A stretch of 64,000 bases of DNA from an uncultured Ignavibacteria bacterium. GTDB taxonomy: Bacteria > Bacteroidota > Ignavibacteria > Kapaibacteriales > UBA2268. The notes under the pieces are model-generated. The model made no database searches, had not been told where the DNA came from, and saw only the letters and a list, made by a program, of their open reading frames with translations. The stretch covers positions 10,023 through 74,022 of the forward strand of contig CAKZLY010000030.1 of the NCBI GenBank assembly GCA_937127445.1, given 5' to 3'. Position 1 is the first letter of the stretch. Each line of letters begins with the position of its first letter. Positions 28,601 to 38,695 of this stretch are shown piece by piece. The position numbers were made by a program, and so were the translations under genes.

Positions 28601-30244
28601 ATGAAAAAAACGATTTGCACAATTATTTTATACTATTTGTGTTTTGCATTCACCTACTATATTTCATCCGCACAAATTGATTATAGCATATATAGATTGC
28701 CAAAAGATGAATTTAGCGATTCATTGGCAAAGGAAATGGCTTTTTCATCACTTAAATCAGCAACTGGTCTATTGGAGAAAGAAATAGATCCAGATAAGTA
28801 TATTTTAGGACAGGGCGATGAATTGGCAATTTCAATTATTTCTGCGAAGCCCAAGCACTTCGAGATTAGTATATCGCCCGAGGGGGCATTATTAATTCCT
28901 GGAATTGGAAAAATTGAATTAAAAGGCAAAGCATTATCACAAGCAATTTCGTTAATCGAGGAATTAATTCGAAAAAGGCTAAATCCAACGGAAATACATA
29001 TCACTTTGCAAAAGATACGACAGTTTAAAGTTAGTGTTAGTGGGCAGGTTGTGCGGAATGGGATTTATCCGGCGACACCTGCTGATAGAGTGTCTGAGGT
29101 AATCGATAAAGCAGGTGGATTACGTCGAGAAGCCTCTTGGAGAAATATAATATTATTGAGAAACAATGGCGAACAAAAAAATGTAGATTTAATGAAATTC
29201 TACTTTCTGGGCGATGAGGAAGCAAATCCTTATGTGCTCGGAGGAGATAAAATAATTGTCCCGGAAATAAATGAAAAATCCATTATTGGGCTGTATGGTG
29301 ATGTTGTCAATAGTGGGTTGTTTGAATACCGCGAGGGAGATAGTTTATCGACATTGTTAAAGTTTGGGCTTGGATTTACAGAATCCGCTTTTCTCGATTC
29401 GGTTGAATATTACTCTGCTCAAAAAACGGGTTTTCAAGTAAGCTTTCTTGATCTGTCATATTTAAAGAGTCAAAATTTAAGTACAGAAACAATTCAAAAT
29501 GATTTTTTGCTTCATTCGGGAGATAGGATTTTCGTTCGCAGTGTACCTAAATGGAGGAAATTACACTATGTTGTTATCAAAGGAGAGGTAAATTTCCCTG
29601 GTTACTATGCCATTGAAGAAAAAAAAGATAGAGTTACTGATTTGATCAAGAGAGCAGGTGGATTTACAGACGAAGCAGCAGTAGAGTTTGTTGAATACAT
29701 AAGCCAAAATGAGCTTGAAAAACCAGATTTAGAAATGGAAAGATTAAGCAGAGTGCTGCCTTCAGAAATGTCGGAAAGCGAATTCAGATATTTCCAATCA
29801 AGGAAGACAGAAAGAAAGGGTGTAATCTCGATAGATTTTCGGAAAATTATGAACAATCCTAATACACCGGATAATTTTTATTTAACTCATAGAGATTCAA
29901 TAGTAGTCCCATCAATTAAGAAATTTGTGAACGTTCAAGGACGAGTAGCCAAGCCTGGTTTGATTGCATTTCGCCCGGGTGCTGATTATATGGAATACAT
30001 TGAGTTAGCGGGTGGATTTGGATATAGAGCTGACGAAAGCGAGACGATGATTAATAAACACAGTGGAGGATTGTTTCGAGCAAAGAAACGAGATTACGTT
30101 ATTGAACCTGGCGATGTAATATTAGTGCCACCTGAGAGAGAATTAACATTTATGGAGGCATTTACCAAAGGTTTAACAATAGCAACACAAATTCTTACTA
30201 TTGCTGGTGTTGTACTCGCATTTTCAAACATTAATAAGAAATAA
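28601..30244 (+). CDS. polysaccharide export outer-membrane protein (Wza-like, multiple SLBB/soluble-ligand-binding repeats)
   Basis: Signal-like N-terminus. Poly_export motif (ILGQGDELAISI...PEGALLIPGIGKIELKG), repeated G-x-V-x-x-PG-x-Y SLBB segments, C-terminal amphipathic/TM helix. Confidence 0.75.
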   Translation: MKKTICTIILYYLCFAFTYYISSAQIDYSIYRLPKDEFSDSLAKEMAFSSLKSATGLLEKEIDPDKYILGQGDELAISIISAKPKHFEISISPEGALLIPGIGKIELKGKALSQAISLIEELIRKRLNPTEIHITLQKIRQFKVSVSGQVVRNGIYPATPADRVSEVIDKAGGLRREASWRNIILLRNNGEQKNVDLMKFYFLGDEEANPYVLGGDKIIVPEINEKSIIGLYGDVVNSGLFEYREGDSLSTLLKFGLGFTESAFLDSVEYYSAQKTGFQVSFLDLSYLKSQNLSTETIQNDFLLHSGDRIFVRSVPKWRKLHYVVIKGEVNFPGYYAIEEKKDRVTDLIKRAGGFTDEAAVEFVEYISQNELEKPDLEMERLSRVLPSEMSESEFRYFQSRKTERKGVISIDFRKIMNNPNTPDNFYLTHRDSIVVPSIKKFVNVQGRVAKPGLIAFRPGADYMEYIELAGGFGYRADESETMINKHSGGLFRAKKRDYVIEPGDVILVPPERELTFMEAFTKGLTIATQILTIAGVVLAFSNINKK

Positions 30245-31450
30245 ATGAAAGAAACAGAAGCAAAAATAGAAAGCATTGGCATAAGTAAATTTTTCGAGAT
30301 TTACAAAAAGCACTCGAAAATAATATGGATAATTGTATTTGTTGCTTGTGTTGTTACGTTTATTTTCTCGCTAATAATGCCACACACCTACAAAACGTAC
30401 ACAACGGTTATGCCCCCCAAGCAAGGTGAGAACACAGGATTATCAGGAATTTTGCAGAATTTTGCTGGTGGACTACCTTCTGGATTGCCAAGCCTTGGAA
30501 GTTCTAATAATCAATCATTAGTTTTGGCTGATATATTAAGAAGCAGGGCAATTGCAGAATATTTGATTAAAGAACTTAAATTAAAGCAATTGCCACAATA
30601 CGATGGAATGACAAACAATGAATTAATTGAATATTTGCAGGAAAATTTCAAAGTCGATGTAGAGAAAACGGGACTCATTGTTTTTCAAACATCTGCAAAA
30701 ACGTGTTTCTTTGCATCATCACAGGAAAAACAGGCAACCAAACAATTAGCAAAGAAGTTTGCGGACGAAGCAGTAAAAGGATTAGATTTAATTGTTCGGT
30801 CGAAAAACACATCAGCTGCAAAAAAATCAAGAATGTATATAGAGAAAGAATTAGCAAAATACAGAGAAAAATCTGATTCAATAGATAACATTCTTGAAAA
30901 CTTTCAGCGAACTAATAGAGTACTTAAAATTGACGATCAAACACAGGCTCTTGTTAAACAAGCGATAGAAGTTGGTTTGCAGTTAGCAAAAGCTGAAATG
31001 GAACTTAATATTGCGAAAAATGAATTAAGCAAGGACAATCCATATTTAATCCAGCAGCAAAATATAGTGAACCAACTGAGAAAACAGTATAATGCAGTGC
31101 AAAGTGGAGGTCTAACTGGTTCAGATGGTTTTTCTATACCTTTTGATAAGATACCGAGTCTTGCTCGTGAATACGCTAATTTATACAGGGATAAGAAAAT
31201 CGTTGAGCAAATTATTATGTATCTCGAAACGCAGCGACATCAGGAAGCAATACAAGAAAACCGGGACGTCCCAACTGTTGAAGTGTTAGACAAAGCATTT
31301 GTTCCAGACAAACAATCTTCACCTAACAAAAAGTTAATGTTGTTGCTTACATTTGTGATTTCATTTATATTAGTTTTAATGTATTTTACTTATAAAGAGT
31401 TCAGGATTTATTCCAAAGAAACAGAAAAGGGAAATGAGTCTAATCAATAA
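30245..31450 (+). CDS. Wzz/GumC-like polysaccharide chain-length determinant (PCP) protein
   Basis: N-terminal TM, long coiled-coil periplasmic region, C-terminal TM (LMLLLTFVISFILVLMYF). Starts 1 nt after the wza-like stop. Confidence 0.7.
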   Translation: MKETEAKIESIGISKFFEIYKKHSKIIWIIVFVACVVTFIFSLIMPHTYKTYTTVMPPKQGENTGLSGILQNFAGGLPSGLPSLGSSNNQSLVLADILRSRAIAEYLIKELKLKQLPQYDGMTNNELIEYLQENFKVDVEKTGLIVFQTSAKTCFFASSQEKQATKQLAKKFADEAVKGLDLIVRSKNTSAAKKSRMYIEKELAKYREKSDSIDNILENFQRTNRVLKIDDQTQALVKQAIEVGLQLAKAEMELNIAKNELSKDNPYLIQQQNIVNQLRKQYNAVQSGGLTGSDGFSIPFDKIPSLAREYANLYRDKKIVEQIIMYLETQRHQEAIQENRDVPTVEVLDKAFVPDKQSSPNKKLMLLLTFVISFILVLMYFTYKEFRIYSKETEKGNESNQ

Positions 31451-31730
31451 AATAAAATCTAACAGATGGAAAACATTTGGTTTGGTTGTATTGGCAGCAA
31501 TTTTGACTATTACTTATATTGATAATGTATTTAAAGTAAATAGTTTGTTATCGGAAATACAGAATCTTGAAAAGCAGTATGATGAGGTTCGGACATCAAA
31601 TCAAGTATTAATAACAAAAATCATAGAACTGGAAAGCGTATCTAGAATAACCAAAATAGCAGAAGAAAATTTAGGTATGATGAAACCATCGAAAGTACCT
31701 CAAAAAATTAAATTGAAAAATGAAGAGTAG
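31434..31730 (+). CDS. ftsL: FtsL/FtsB-like small bitopic cell-division protein
   Basis: 98 aa, single TM then coiled-coil. It sits immediately upstream of, and overlapping, ftsI, as in the dcw cluster. Confidence 0.55.
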   Translation: MSLINKIKSNRWKTFGLVVLAAILTITYIDNVFKVNSLLSEIQNLEKQYDEVRTSNQVLITKIIELESVSRITKIAEENLGMMKPSKVPQKIKLKNEE

Positions 31731-33801
31731 CGAAGAGAATACATATACAAGAAGGAAGAAGTTCTGGAAATTTTGGCTATTAATGATATTGATTAATATA
31801 GGACTATTAATTGTAATTGGTCGATTATTTCAGCTTCAGATATTAAAGGCACCGTATTACAAAGAAAAAGCACGGCGGCAACACGAAACTAAATTAGATT
31901 TAAGTTCCCAGAGAGGGAATATTTACGACAGGAATGGCAATTTACTTGCTTCGTCTGTGAAAAGTTATTCGATAGCAGTAGATCCGAACCTGTTGCAGAA
32001 AAAATCAGAAATACTAAAAATCATTGAAAAGAATCTTGGAATAGCGGCAGAGAGTTTAAATAGAAAGATCCTATCTGCAAAAGGTTCGTTTCTGTGGCTT
32101 GTTAGAGGAGTTACACCAGAAAAAGTAAAAGAATTGTTTTATATCAAAGATAGAGGACTTATATTAATAGAAGAACCACGACGGCAATATCATTATGGCT
32201 CGCTGGCATCACAAATACTTGGTTGCACTGATATAGATAATCGAGGGCTTACGGGAATAGAGTTAAGTTATGACAGCATACTTACAGGTAGAAGCGGATA
32301 TATGATTATGTTTCGTGATGGGTTGGGCAGGTTGCGACCATCAGCAGATTTACCAATAATACGACCTACAAACGGATATTCGTTGCAGCTTACACTGGAT
32401 ATTGATTTACAAAGGATTGTAGAATTTGAATTAATGCAAGGTGTTAAGAACTCGCTTGCTGAATCTGGAACAGTTGTTGCAATAAAGCCCTCGACAGGTG
32501 AAGTGTTGGCAATGGCAACTTATCCAAATTTTAATCCGAATGACCCATCAACATACATTAATGCAAATATGCGAAATCGTTCAATCACTGATGTTTACGA
32601 ACCGGGTTCAACTTTCAAAGTGGTTACAGCGTCAGCAGCTTTAGAAGAGAACATAACAAAACTTGAAGATAAATACAACGGTTTTCAAGGCGAATTGCAT
32701 TTTTCGAATTTTGTAATTAAGGACGTTCACCCGCTTGGTATAACGACCTTTAGAGAAGGTATTGTGTATTCGAGTAATATTATTCTGTCGAGTGTTGCAG
32801 CAAAGATACCTGATTATAAATTTTACAAATATATTAGAGATTTTGGATTCGGTATTCCAACAAGGATTGATTTGCCGGGAGAAGTATCAGGAAAGATCCA
32901 AAGAGCGGAGCAAATGAATGTATCCACCAAAAGATTTATTGGATTTGGTTATGGGATATTGGCAACACCACTACAAATGGCAAATGCATTTGCCACAATC
33001 GCGAATGGCGGAATAATGATGAAACCGTACGTTATAAATGCGATCTACGATGAGAAAGGAAATTTAGTAAAGCAATTTAGCCCTGAAAAAATAAGACGTG
33101 TAGTATCTGAAAATACAGCTAATACATTGACAAATGTTTTAAAAGAAGTAGTTCAAAAAGGTACTGGGATTGCTGCAAAAATTGGAGGAGTAGAAATTGC
33201 TGGGAAAACAGGAACTTCTCAGCAGCTTGTTGATGGATCATATTCGAAATCTGACTACAATGCTTCTTTTGCAGGATATTTTCCTGCTAACAATCCTGAA
33301 ATTTGCATACTTGTTTTTTTAGATAAGCCTAAAACAAGCATATATGGAGGTTCAACAGCAGCACCTATTTTTAAGAATATTGCTCTCAGATGGCTTTCAA
33401 TAAAGAACCAATCGATAAAAGTAAAAAACATTGCGAATAATGCAAGCGATACCGTCTTTGTTCCCAATATAAATGGACTTGAATATTCGGAAGCAGAAAA
33501 AATATTACAAGAATTAGGATTACGATATTCAGCAACAGTGAGAGAGGGTGTCGTCAAACAAGTATTTCCCGAGCCAGGGCGAAAGATTTTACGTTCAACT
33601 GTAATAAAAATTGAGACATCGCAGGAAAAAGCAAATAGTGAGAGGATGCCCTCAGTAGTTGGATTACCATTAAGACGTGCGATTACAATATTGCATTCGG
33701 CTGGGGTAAAGGTGCAAGTGCGAGGTTCAGGGAAAGTTGTAAGGCAAGTTTGGGAACGTTCAAATAATGAAGTTACCTGCACACTATTTGCAAGTCCTTA
33801 A
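31720..33801 (+). CDS. ftsI: class B penicillin-binding protein (FtsI-type transpeptidase) with two C-terminal PASTA domains
   Basis: N-terminal TM. SXXK (STFKVV), SXN (SSN), KTG (KTGTS). The C-terminal about 130 aa form two PASTA-like repeats. Confidence 0.85.
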   Translation: MKSSEENTYTRRKKFWKFWLLMILINIGLLIVIGRLFQLQILKAPYYKEKARRQHETKLDLSSQRGNIYDRNGNLLASSVKSYSIAVDPNLLQKKSEILKIIEKNLGIAAESLNRKILSAKGSFLWLVRGVTPEKVKELFYIKDRGLILIEEPRRQYHYGSLASQILGCTDIDNRGLTGIELSYDSILTGRSGYMIMFRDGLGRLRPSADLPIIRPTNGYSLQLTLDIDLQRIVEFELMQGVKNSLAESGTVVAIKPSTGEVLAMATYPNFNPNDPSTYINANMRNRSITDVYEPGSTFKVVTASAALEENITKLEDKYNGFQGELHFSNFVIKDVHPLGITTFREGIVYSSNIILSSVAAKIPDYKFYKYIRDFGFGIPTRIDLPGEVSGKIQRAEQMNVSTKRFIGFGYGILATPLQMANAFATIANGGIMMKPYVINAIYDEKGNLVKQFSPEKIRRVVSENTANTLTNVLKEVVQKGTGIAAKIGGVEIAGKTGTSQQLVDGSYSKSDYNASFAGYFPANNPEICILVFLDKPKTSIYGGSTAAPIFKNIALRWLSIKNQSIKVKNIANNASDTVFVPNINGLEYSEAEKILQELGLRYSATVREGVVKQVFPEPGRKILRSTVIKIETSQEKANSERMPSVVGLPLRRAITILHSAGVKVQVRGSGKVVRQVWERSNNEVTCTLFASP

Positions 33802-33834
33802 CTTATAGATTAGAAATACTTCATCTAAAATTTA

Positions 33835-34326
33835 TCAAGCAAAAATATCGTTTTTTGCACGCGATTCCTCTGCCATTTTATTTTTGTATTCTATCATTTT
33901 TTCCAAAAGTTTTGGGTCGGCAATAGCAAGCATTTTAATCGCGAGCAAGCCAGCATTTTTCGCATTTCCGATGGCGACGGTAGCCACAGGGACACCAGCT
34001 GGCATTTGCACAATAGAAAGAAGAGAATCAAGTCCATTCAATGCCTTTGACTGTACAGGAACACCAATTACGGGTAGTGGTGTATGCGAAGCAATCATAC
34101 CGGGCAAATGAGCAGCGCCGCCGGCACCAGCAATAATCACTTTAATGCCACGTTTGTGAGCACTGCGTCCGTATTCAGCCATATCATCAGGTGTTCGATG
34201 AGCTGATACAATTTTAATTTCGTAAGGCACGCCAAATCCTTCGCAAATATCAGCGGCAGCTTGCATTGTTGGCAGATCGGAATCGCTTCCCATAATAATT
34301 CCAATTATTGGTTTCAGTTGTAACAT
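33835..34326 (-). CDS. purE: 5-(carboxyamino)imidazole ribonucleotide mutase
   Basis: [12 protein letters not shown]...AHRTP...[11 protein letters not shown] class-I PurE signature. Confidence 0.95.
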   Translation of the reverse strand: MLQLKPIIGIIMGSDSDLPTMQAAADICEGFGVPYEIKIVSAHRTPDDMAEYGRSAHKRGIKVIIAGAGGAAHLPGMIASHTPLPVIGVPVQSKALNGLDSLLSIVQMPAGVPVATVAIGNAKNAGLLAIKMLAIADPKLLEKMIEYKNKMAEESRAKNDIFA

Positions 34327-34341
34327 TTATTACCTCTATTG

Positions 34342-34845
34342 TTAAAAGTTTGATTCATCACGCCATAATATTATTTTCCATTCATCGCTTGGATTTTCTC
34401 GTTTCAGATAAAAAATAGCTTTTCCAAATACATTTAAAACATCGTTGGGTGCGAAAGTAATTGTAAGGGAGAAGCTTCGAGAAACATCTAAAAAGAGAGA
34501 ATCGCCTCGAATGTAAAGAATTTCATTCCAAACAAGGTTTAAGTCTTGAGCTGCTGCAAAAAGCCGAGCAGTAGCAATCATATCTTCGCTGCGTGTCCAG
34601 GTCGGGTCGATATTCTTGTCGTAATTACGGTAGTTGAAAGTAAAATCAGGATGTAGAATCTTGCCATATAGAACAGTATCTTTATATTTATAAGCGTAGC
34701 TAAAATTTTTGAACACACCTTCCACGGTTCGTTGGTCGCCGAGCTGAAAGTCGTCTCTTGCATCTTTGAGCAGAGCAGGAGCGAAAGGATTGGTGCAAGA
34801 TACTACTAAAATCAAAAAGAGCAATATATAAAAGATTTTTATCAA
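34342..34845 (-). CDS. hypothetical lipoprotein
   Basis: Lipobox LVVSC. No motif. Its start overlaps the upstream gene stop. Confidence 0.45.
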   Translation of the reverse strand: MIKIFYILLFLILVVSCTNPFAPALLKDARDDFQLGDQRTVEGVFKNFSYAYKYKDTVLYGKILHPDFTFNYRNYDKNIDPTWTRSEDMIATARLFAAAQDLNLVWNEILYIRGDSLFLDVSRSFSLTITFAPNDVLNVFGKAIFYLKRENPSDEWKIILWRDESNF

Positions 34846-35732
34846 TGTAAAAGTAATTTTTTTAAAATAATTTGTTCATTTTTCTTCAAAACTATAAAAT
34901 ATACTCCATTTAGCAAAAAATTCATATCGATTACGGTAATGTTTTCCATTAGATTAGAGGAATAGACTATCTTGCCTAATAAATTATAAATTTCAACAAA
35001 GGAAATATCGTCCGAATTGAGATATATTATTTTATCGACCACAGTAAATTCACTATTTTCGATATCATCATACACTGAATTATTTAAGTTGTCTGAAACA
35101 AGAATATCATCGACTGCAAGTTGAGGGCGAGTGCCGGAAGAGCCATCATTGGCATAGCAATATTTCCAGCGAAGTTGGATGTAGCTTTTGTTTGAACAAA
35201 TATCAGGCAATTTGGTAGGGCCGAAAACCCTGAAATCACCTTTTGTTTGAGAAGAGGAATAAGTTGAGTTGGGAACGTTGACGAATTTTGATTTATCATC
35301 AGTTCGGTATTGCAATTGAATGAAGTAGTTTCTCTCCCCTACGTTAAAAGTGCGAGCAGTCCAACGAAGATAAATTTCGGAACAATTACGGGTATCAAGA
35401 GCGAGGACAGCAGCACCAGGATAGCCATCATCATCCTGCGATAGTGATGTTGATAGAAAAGAAAAGCCGTATTGCCCAAGTCCGTTTATTCTTGCTTTTG
35501 ATTTCAAGTTGTAAGGAGAAATCCAGTCGCCGGTCATTTCGTCTTCGATTTTTGGATCGGATTTTTTTAAAGTGTGAAAAATCATAGAAACTGGGTAGGT
35601 TTTTGCAGGTGCATCTTCTTTCCACTCATTGAAATTGTAAGATGAGCCACTCAACTTGAAGGCTTGTGGATTACTTTGAGCAAATGCTAAATCCGATACA
35701 ACGGCAAATGCTAAAAATAGAAAAAATATCAT
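34842..35732 (-). CDS. secreted protein with T9SS C-terminal sorting domain
   Basis: Signal peptide. The C-terminal about 80 aa (FVEIYNLLGKIVYSSNL...NGVYFIVLKKNEQIILKKLLLH) match the Por/T9SS CTD pattern. Confidence 0.6.
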   Translation of the reverse strand: MIFFLFLAFAVVSDLAFAQSNPQAFKLSGSSYNFNEWKEDAPAKTYPVSMIFHTLKKSDPKIEDEMTGDWISPYNLKSKARINGLGQYGFSFLSTSLSQDDDGYPGAAVLALDTRNCSEIYLRWTARTFNVGERNYFIQLQYRTDDKSKFVNVPNSTYSSSQTKGDFRVFGPTKLPDICSNKSYIQLRWKYCYANDGSSGTRPQLAVDDILVSDNLNNSVYDDIENSEFTVVDKIIYLNSDDISFVEIYNLLGKIVYSSNLMENITVIDMNFLLNGVYFIVLKKNEQIILKKLLLH

Positions 35733-35734
35733 AA

Positions 35735-36058
35735 CTATTTATTTTGATAGTTCGAAATATATTTTTCGAATTCATCAAAAATTTGTTTGAAAATGCTTTC
35801 AGGAACTATCATCCGGAGAAAGTTCTGACCAAGAGAACCTTTCAGCGTGTAATAACCTTTGACAATAATCTTAAAATATGGGATATCGAACGTATTATCG
35901 ATTTTGATTTTACCTAATTTAGAAAGATAATCAATAAAATTTTGGTCGGTATTTTTGTCAAAATAAATATCATAGCCGATATTACCGTCGGCACAGCTTT
36001 CAGCTTCGGATATTTTAATTATTTTCAAAGCGAATAAGTATAAAAAGTTTATAAACAA
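35735..36058 (-). CDS. hypothetical small protein
   Basis: 107-aa ORF with no motif. Assigned only by operon position and coding look. Confidence 0.3.
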   Translation of the reverse strand: MFINFLYLFALKIIKISEAESCADGNIGYDIYFDKNTDQNFIDYLSKLGKIKIDNTFDIPYFKIIVKGYYTLKGSLGQNFLRMIVPESIFKQIFDEFEKYISNYQNK

Positions 36059-36069
36059 AGAAAAATAAC

Positions 36070-36077
36070 TTATTTTT
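36070..36077 (+). promoter_or_regulatory. candidate FCB-type -7 element TATTTTTG upstream of the GT2 gene
   Basis: Matches TAnnTTTG, 23-29 nt before the start codon. Confidence 0.25.
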
Positions 36078-36099
36078 GTAAATTAAGCAAGAACAAAAA

Positions 36100-36813
36100 A
36101 TGATTATGAAACCAGAATTATCAGTAATAATACCAGCATATAATGAAGAGGCAAGATTAGGTAATACATTAAGTCTGATTACACAATATTTAAGAAACAC
36201 TACTTTAACCTATGAAATTATCGTTTCAGACGATGGTTCGACAGATGGGACTATTGATGTAGCGAAGAGTTTTGAAGATGTAAAAGTAATAAGTGATGGA
36301 ATAAATTACGGGAAAGGTGCCGCTGTTCGGCGTGGGATGCTTGCAGCAAATGGAGAATATAGGTTGTTTACCGATGCAGACTTATCGACACCAATATACG
36401 AAATCGAGAAGCTCAAAAAATTTCTGAAAAATGGATACGATGTTTGTATAGGTTCAAGGGCAGTAGATTATAAATTGATTAAGAAACACCAGCCATTTTA
36501 CAGAGAATTTATGGGCAAAACATTCAATAAAATTGTTCAGATGCTTGTAGTGAAAGGAATAAAAGACACTCAATGTGGTTTCAAATGTTTTCGTGAGCAA
36601 GCTGCACTGGATATTTTTAATCGAGCAAAAATCAATGGTTTTTCATTTGATGTTGAAATTTTATATTTAGCAAAAAAAATGAATTATAAAATAAAAGAAG
36701 TTGGGGTAGAGTGGTATAATGACGAGAGAACAACGGTTAGCCCGATAAAGGATAGCGTAAAAATGTTTGCAGAAATTCTTAAAATCAAACGAATTCACTC
36801 GGATTTAAAATAA
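36100..36813 (+). CDS. GT2-family polyprenyl-phosphate glycosyltransferase (DPM1/GtrB-like)
   Basis: LSVIIPAYNEE, DDGSTDGT, DADL (DxD) motifs. About 235 aa soluble GT-A. Confidence 0.8.
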   Translation: MIMKPELSVIIPAYNEEARLGNTLSLITQYLRNTTLTYEIIVSDDGSTDGTIDVAKSFEDVKVISDGINYGKGAAVRRGMLAANGEYRLFTDADLSTPIYEIEKLKKFLKNGYDVCIGSRAVDYKLIKKHQPFYREFMGKTFNKIVQMLVVKGIKDTQCGFKCFREQAALDIFNRAKINGFSFDVEILYLAKKMNYKIKEVGVEWYNDERTTVSPIKDSVKMFAEILKIKRIHSDLK

Positions 36814-38036
36814 TGGATTTATTCAATAAATTCAAAAAAATTCGACAAATTTTATTCAGACCAAGCACCGAAAACTTATGGAAGCGTAATTTAATAATCC
36901 TTGCAACGGCTCAGTTTATTGCAATGGTAGGAATGAACGGGCTTGTACCGTTTCTTCCGTTATTTGTGCTTGAATTAGGCGTGAACGACCCTGTACAAGC
37001 AAAATTTTGGAGCAGTATGGTGTTTGCGGGACCGTATTTTCTGTCGATTTTTGCTGTCCCAGTGTGGGGAATGCTAGGGGATAGATACGGACAGAAGAAA
37101 ATGGTAATTCGTGCAATTTTCGGATTAGCATTAGCCGTATTTTTGATGGGATTTTCGGTAAATATATATCAATTATTTGCTTTAAGGGTTTTCCAGGGAG
37201 CGTCGAGTGGATTTATTGCAGCAGCACTGGCATTTGTGAGTAAGAACACGCCAAAGAACCGAAATGGATATGCAATAGGAATATTACAAAGCGCATCATC
37301 TGCTGGCATCATCATTGGACCGTTTTTCGGGGGAATACTATCTGATGCAAGTGGAGTTAGAAGTGTTTTTATAATAGTAGCAATATTATGTGTAATAAGT
37401 GGAATATTAATTATCGGATGCGTTAAAGAGCAAAGAGTGGAATTAATAAACACTCGAAGCAAAGTTTTAGATAATTTAATAACAGTTATTCATAACAGTG
37501 AAATGTCGAAGATAATCTTGTTAATTATATTCTCACAAATGGCTATATTATTATCAAATCCGATATTTCCTTATTATGTGGCAAGGCTTGGAGCACCACA
37601 AAGTGTATTATCAACAATCACGGGGCTATTAGTAGCTACCGTTGGAATATTTAGTATTATTTTTGCTCCATACTGGGGAAGAAAAAACGACACAACTGCA
37701 TATAGCAAGATATTTTCGCCTGCAGTGTTTATTGCTGGTTGCGCATCATTGCTTCACGTAATTTCTAATCATTATCTATGGTTGTTTCCAATTAGAGCGC
37801 TTGTAGGCGTATTTTTTGCAGCAATTGCACCGAGTTTATATTCTGCATTGAGCTATCGCGCTGATGAAAGCAATAAAGGTGGGATTATGGGAATTGCATC
37901 ATCAGCAAATTTATTAGGTGCTTTGCTTAGTTACTTAAGTTGTAGTGTAATTGTGTCGCATCTTGATATGGTTTGGACATTTGTCGCATCGGGAGTAATA
38001 TTAATATCATTATCTATTTGGGCAAAAATCAGATAG
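36813..38036 (+). CDS. MFS transporter (12 TM)
   Basis: MFS motif A-like GMLGDRYGQKK, 12 predicted TMs. Its start overlaps the GT2 stop (ATAATGG). Confidence 0.8.
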   Translation: MDLFNKFKKIRQILFRPSTENLWKRNLIILATAQFIAMVGMNGLVPFLPLFVLELGVNDPVQAKFWSSMVFAGPYFLSIFAVPVWGMLGDRYGQKKMVIRAIFGLALAVFLMGFSVNIYQLFALRVFQGASSGFIAAALAFVSKNTPKNRNGYAIGILQSASSAGIIIGPFFGGILSDASGVRSVFIIVAILCVISGILIIGCVKEQRVELINTRSKVLDNLITVIHNSEMSKIILLIIFSQMAILLSNPIFPYYVARLGAPQSVLSTITGLLVATVGIFSIIFAPYWGRKNDTTAYSKIFSPAVFIAGCASLLHVISNHYLWLFPIRALVGVFFAAIAPSLYSALSYRADESNKGGIMGIASSANLLGALLSYLSCSVIVSHLDMVWTFVASGVILISLSIWAKIR

Positions 38037-38552
38037 TTAATTTTCAATACCTGTCCAATCACTCCAAAAAGTAGGCAGAATCATATTTTCATCGCTTCTA
38101 AATTCAAGAGTCACTTTAACAGTTCGGTTATCTCCACCCCAGTGAGTAATTGTAGGCTTAATCCAATAGTCATCAAATCCAGGTTGGTCATTGATAAATA
38201 AAGTTTGTTTAGATACAGAATCATAAACACCAATTCTACAAATAGCCCAGTATTGGCGCGGAATGTTAACAAAGAAAAATGTATGCTCGCCGGGTTTAAG
38301 AGTTTGGTTTGTTTTAAGCAAATTATCACTCCATTCCCCTATCGGGTTCAAACCTGACGTAACAAGACCAGCGTTTTTGTATTGCAAAGTCGTAACAGTG
38401 TATTTAGATTCTGGGTTGTTAATAAACTTTACATAAAGCCTATTTTTATCTCCGGTAAGATTATTATCGGAATTCGTTGGTTCATTTTCATCGTCATCGC
38501 AAGAAAACACTAAAAACGAAACTGCTAATAATAAAAAGTAAAAAATATTCAT
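38037..38552 (-). CDS. hypothetical lipoprotein
   Basis: Lipobox LVFSCDDDE. No motif. Confidence 0.45.
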   Translation of the reverse strand: MNIFYFLLLAVSFLVFSCDDDENEPTNSDNNLTGDKNRLYVKFINNPESKYTVTTLQYKNAGLVTSGLNPIGEWSDNLLKTNQTLKPGEHTFFFVNIPRQYWAICRIGVYDSVSKQTLFINDQPGFDDYWIKPTITHWGGDNRTVKVTLEFRSDENMILPTFWSDWTGIEN

Positions 38553-38635
38553 ACGAAAAATCCTATATTTATTTATTTATTTTATTATTATCTGTTTATC
38601 TTATCGCTTATTGGTATAAATTATTGTAGAATATA

Positions 38636-38669
38636 TAAAAAAAATGTGTTTACCAAGTGGTAAACACAT
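38636..38669 (-). terminator. rho-independent terminator of the HMG-CoA lyase gene
   Basis: Perfect 11-bp palindrome ATGTGTTTACC-AAGT-GGTAAACACAT. The plus-strand A8 run immediately 5' gives the U-run on the minus-strand transcript. Confidence 0.7.
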
Positions 38670-38695
38670 CGATTTTATATAACAATTTTTGCTGG

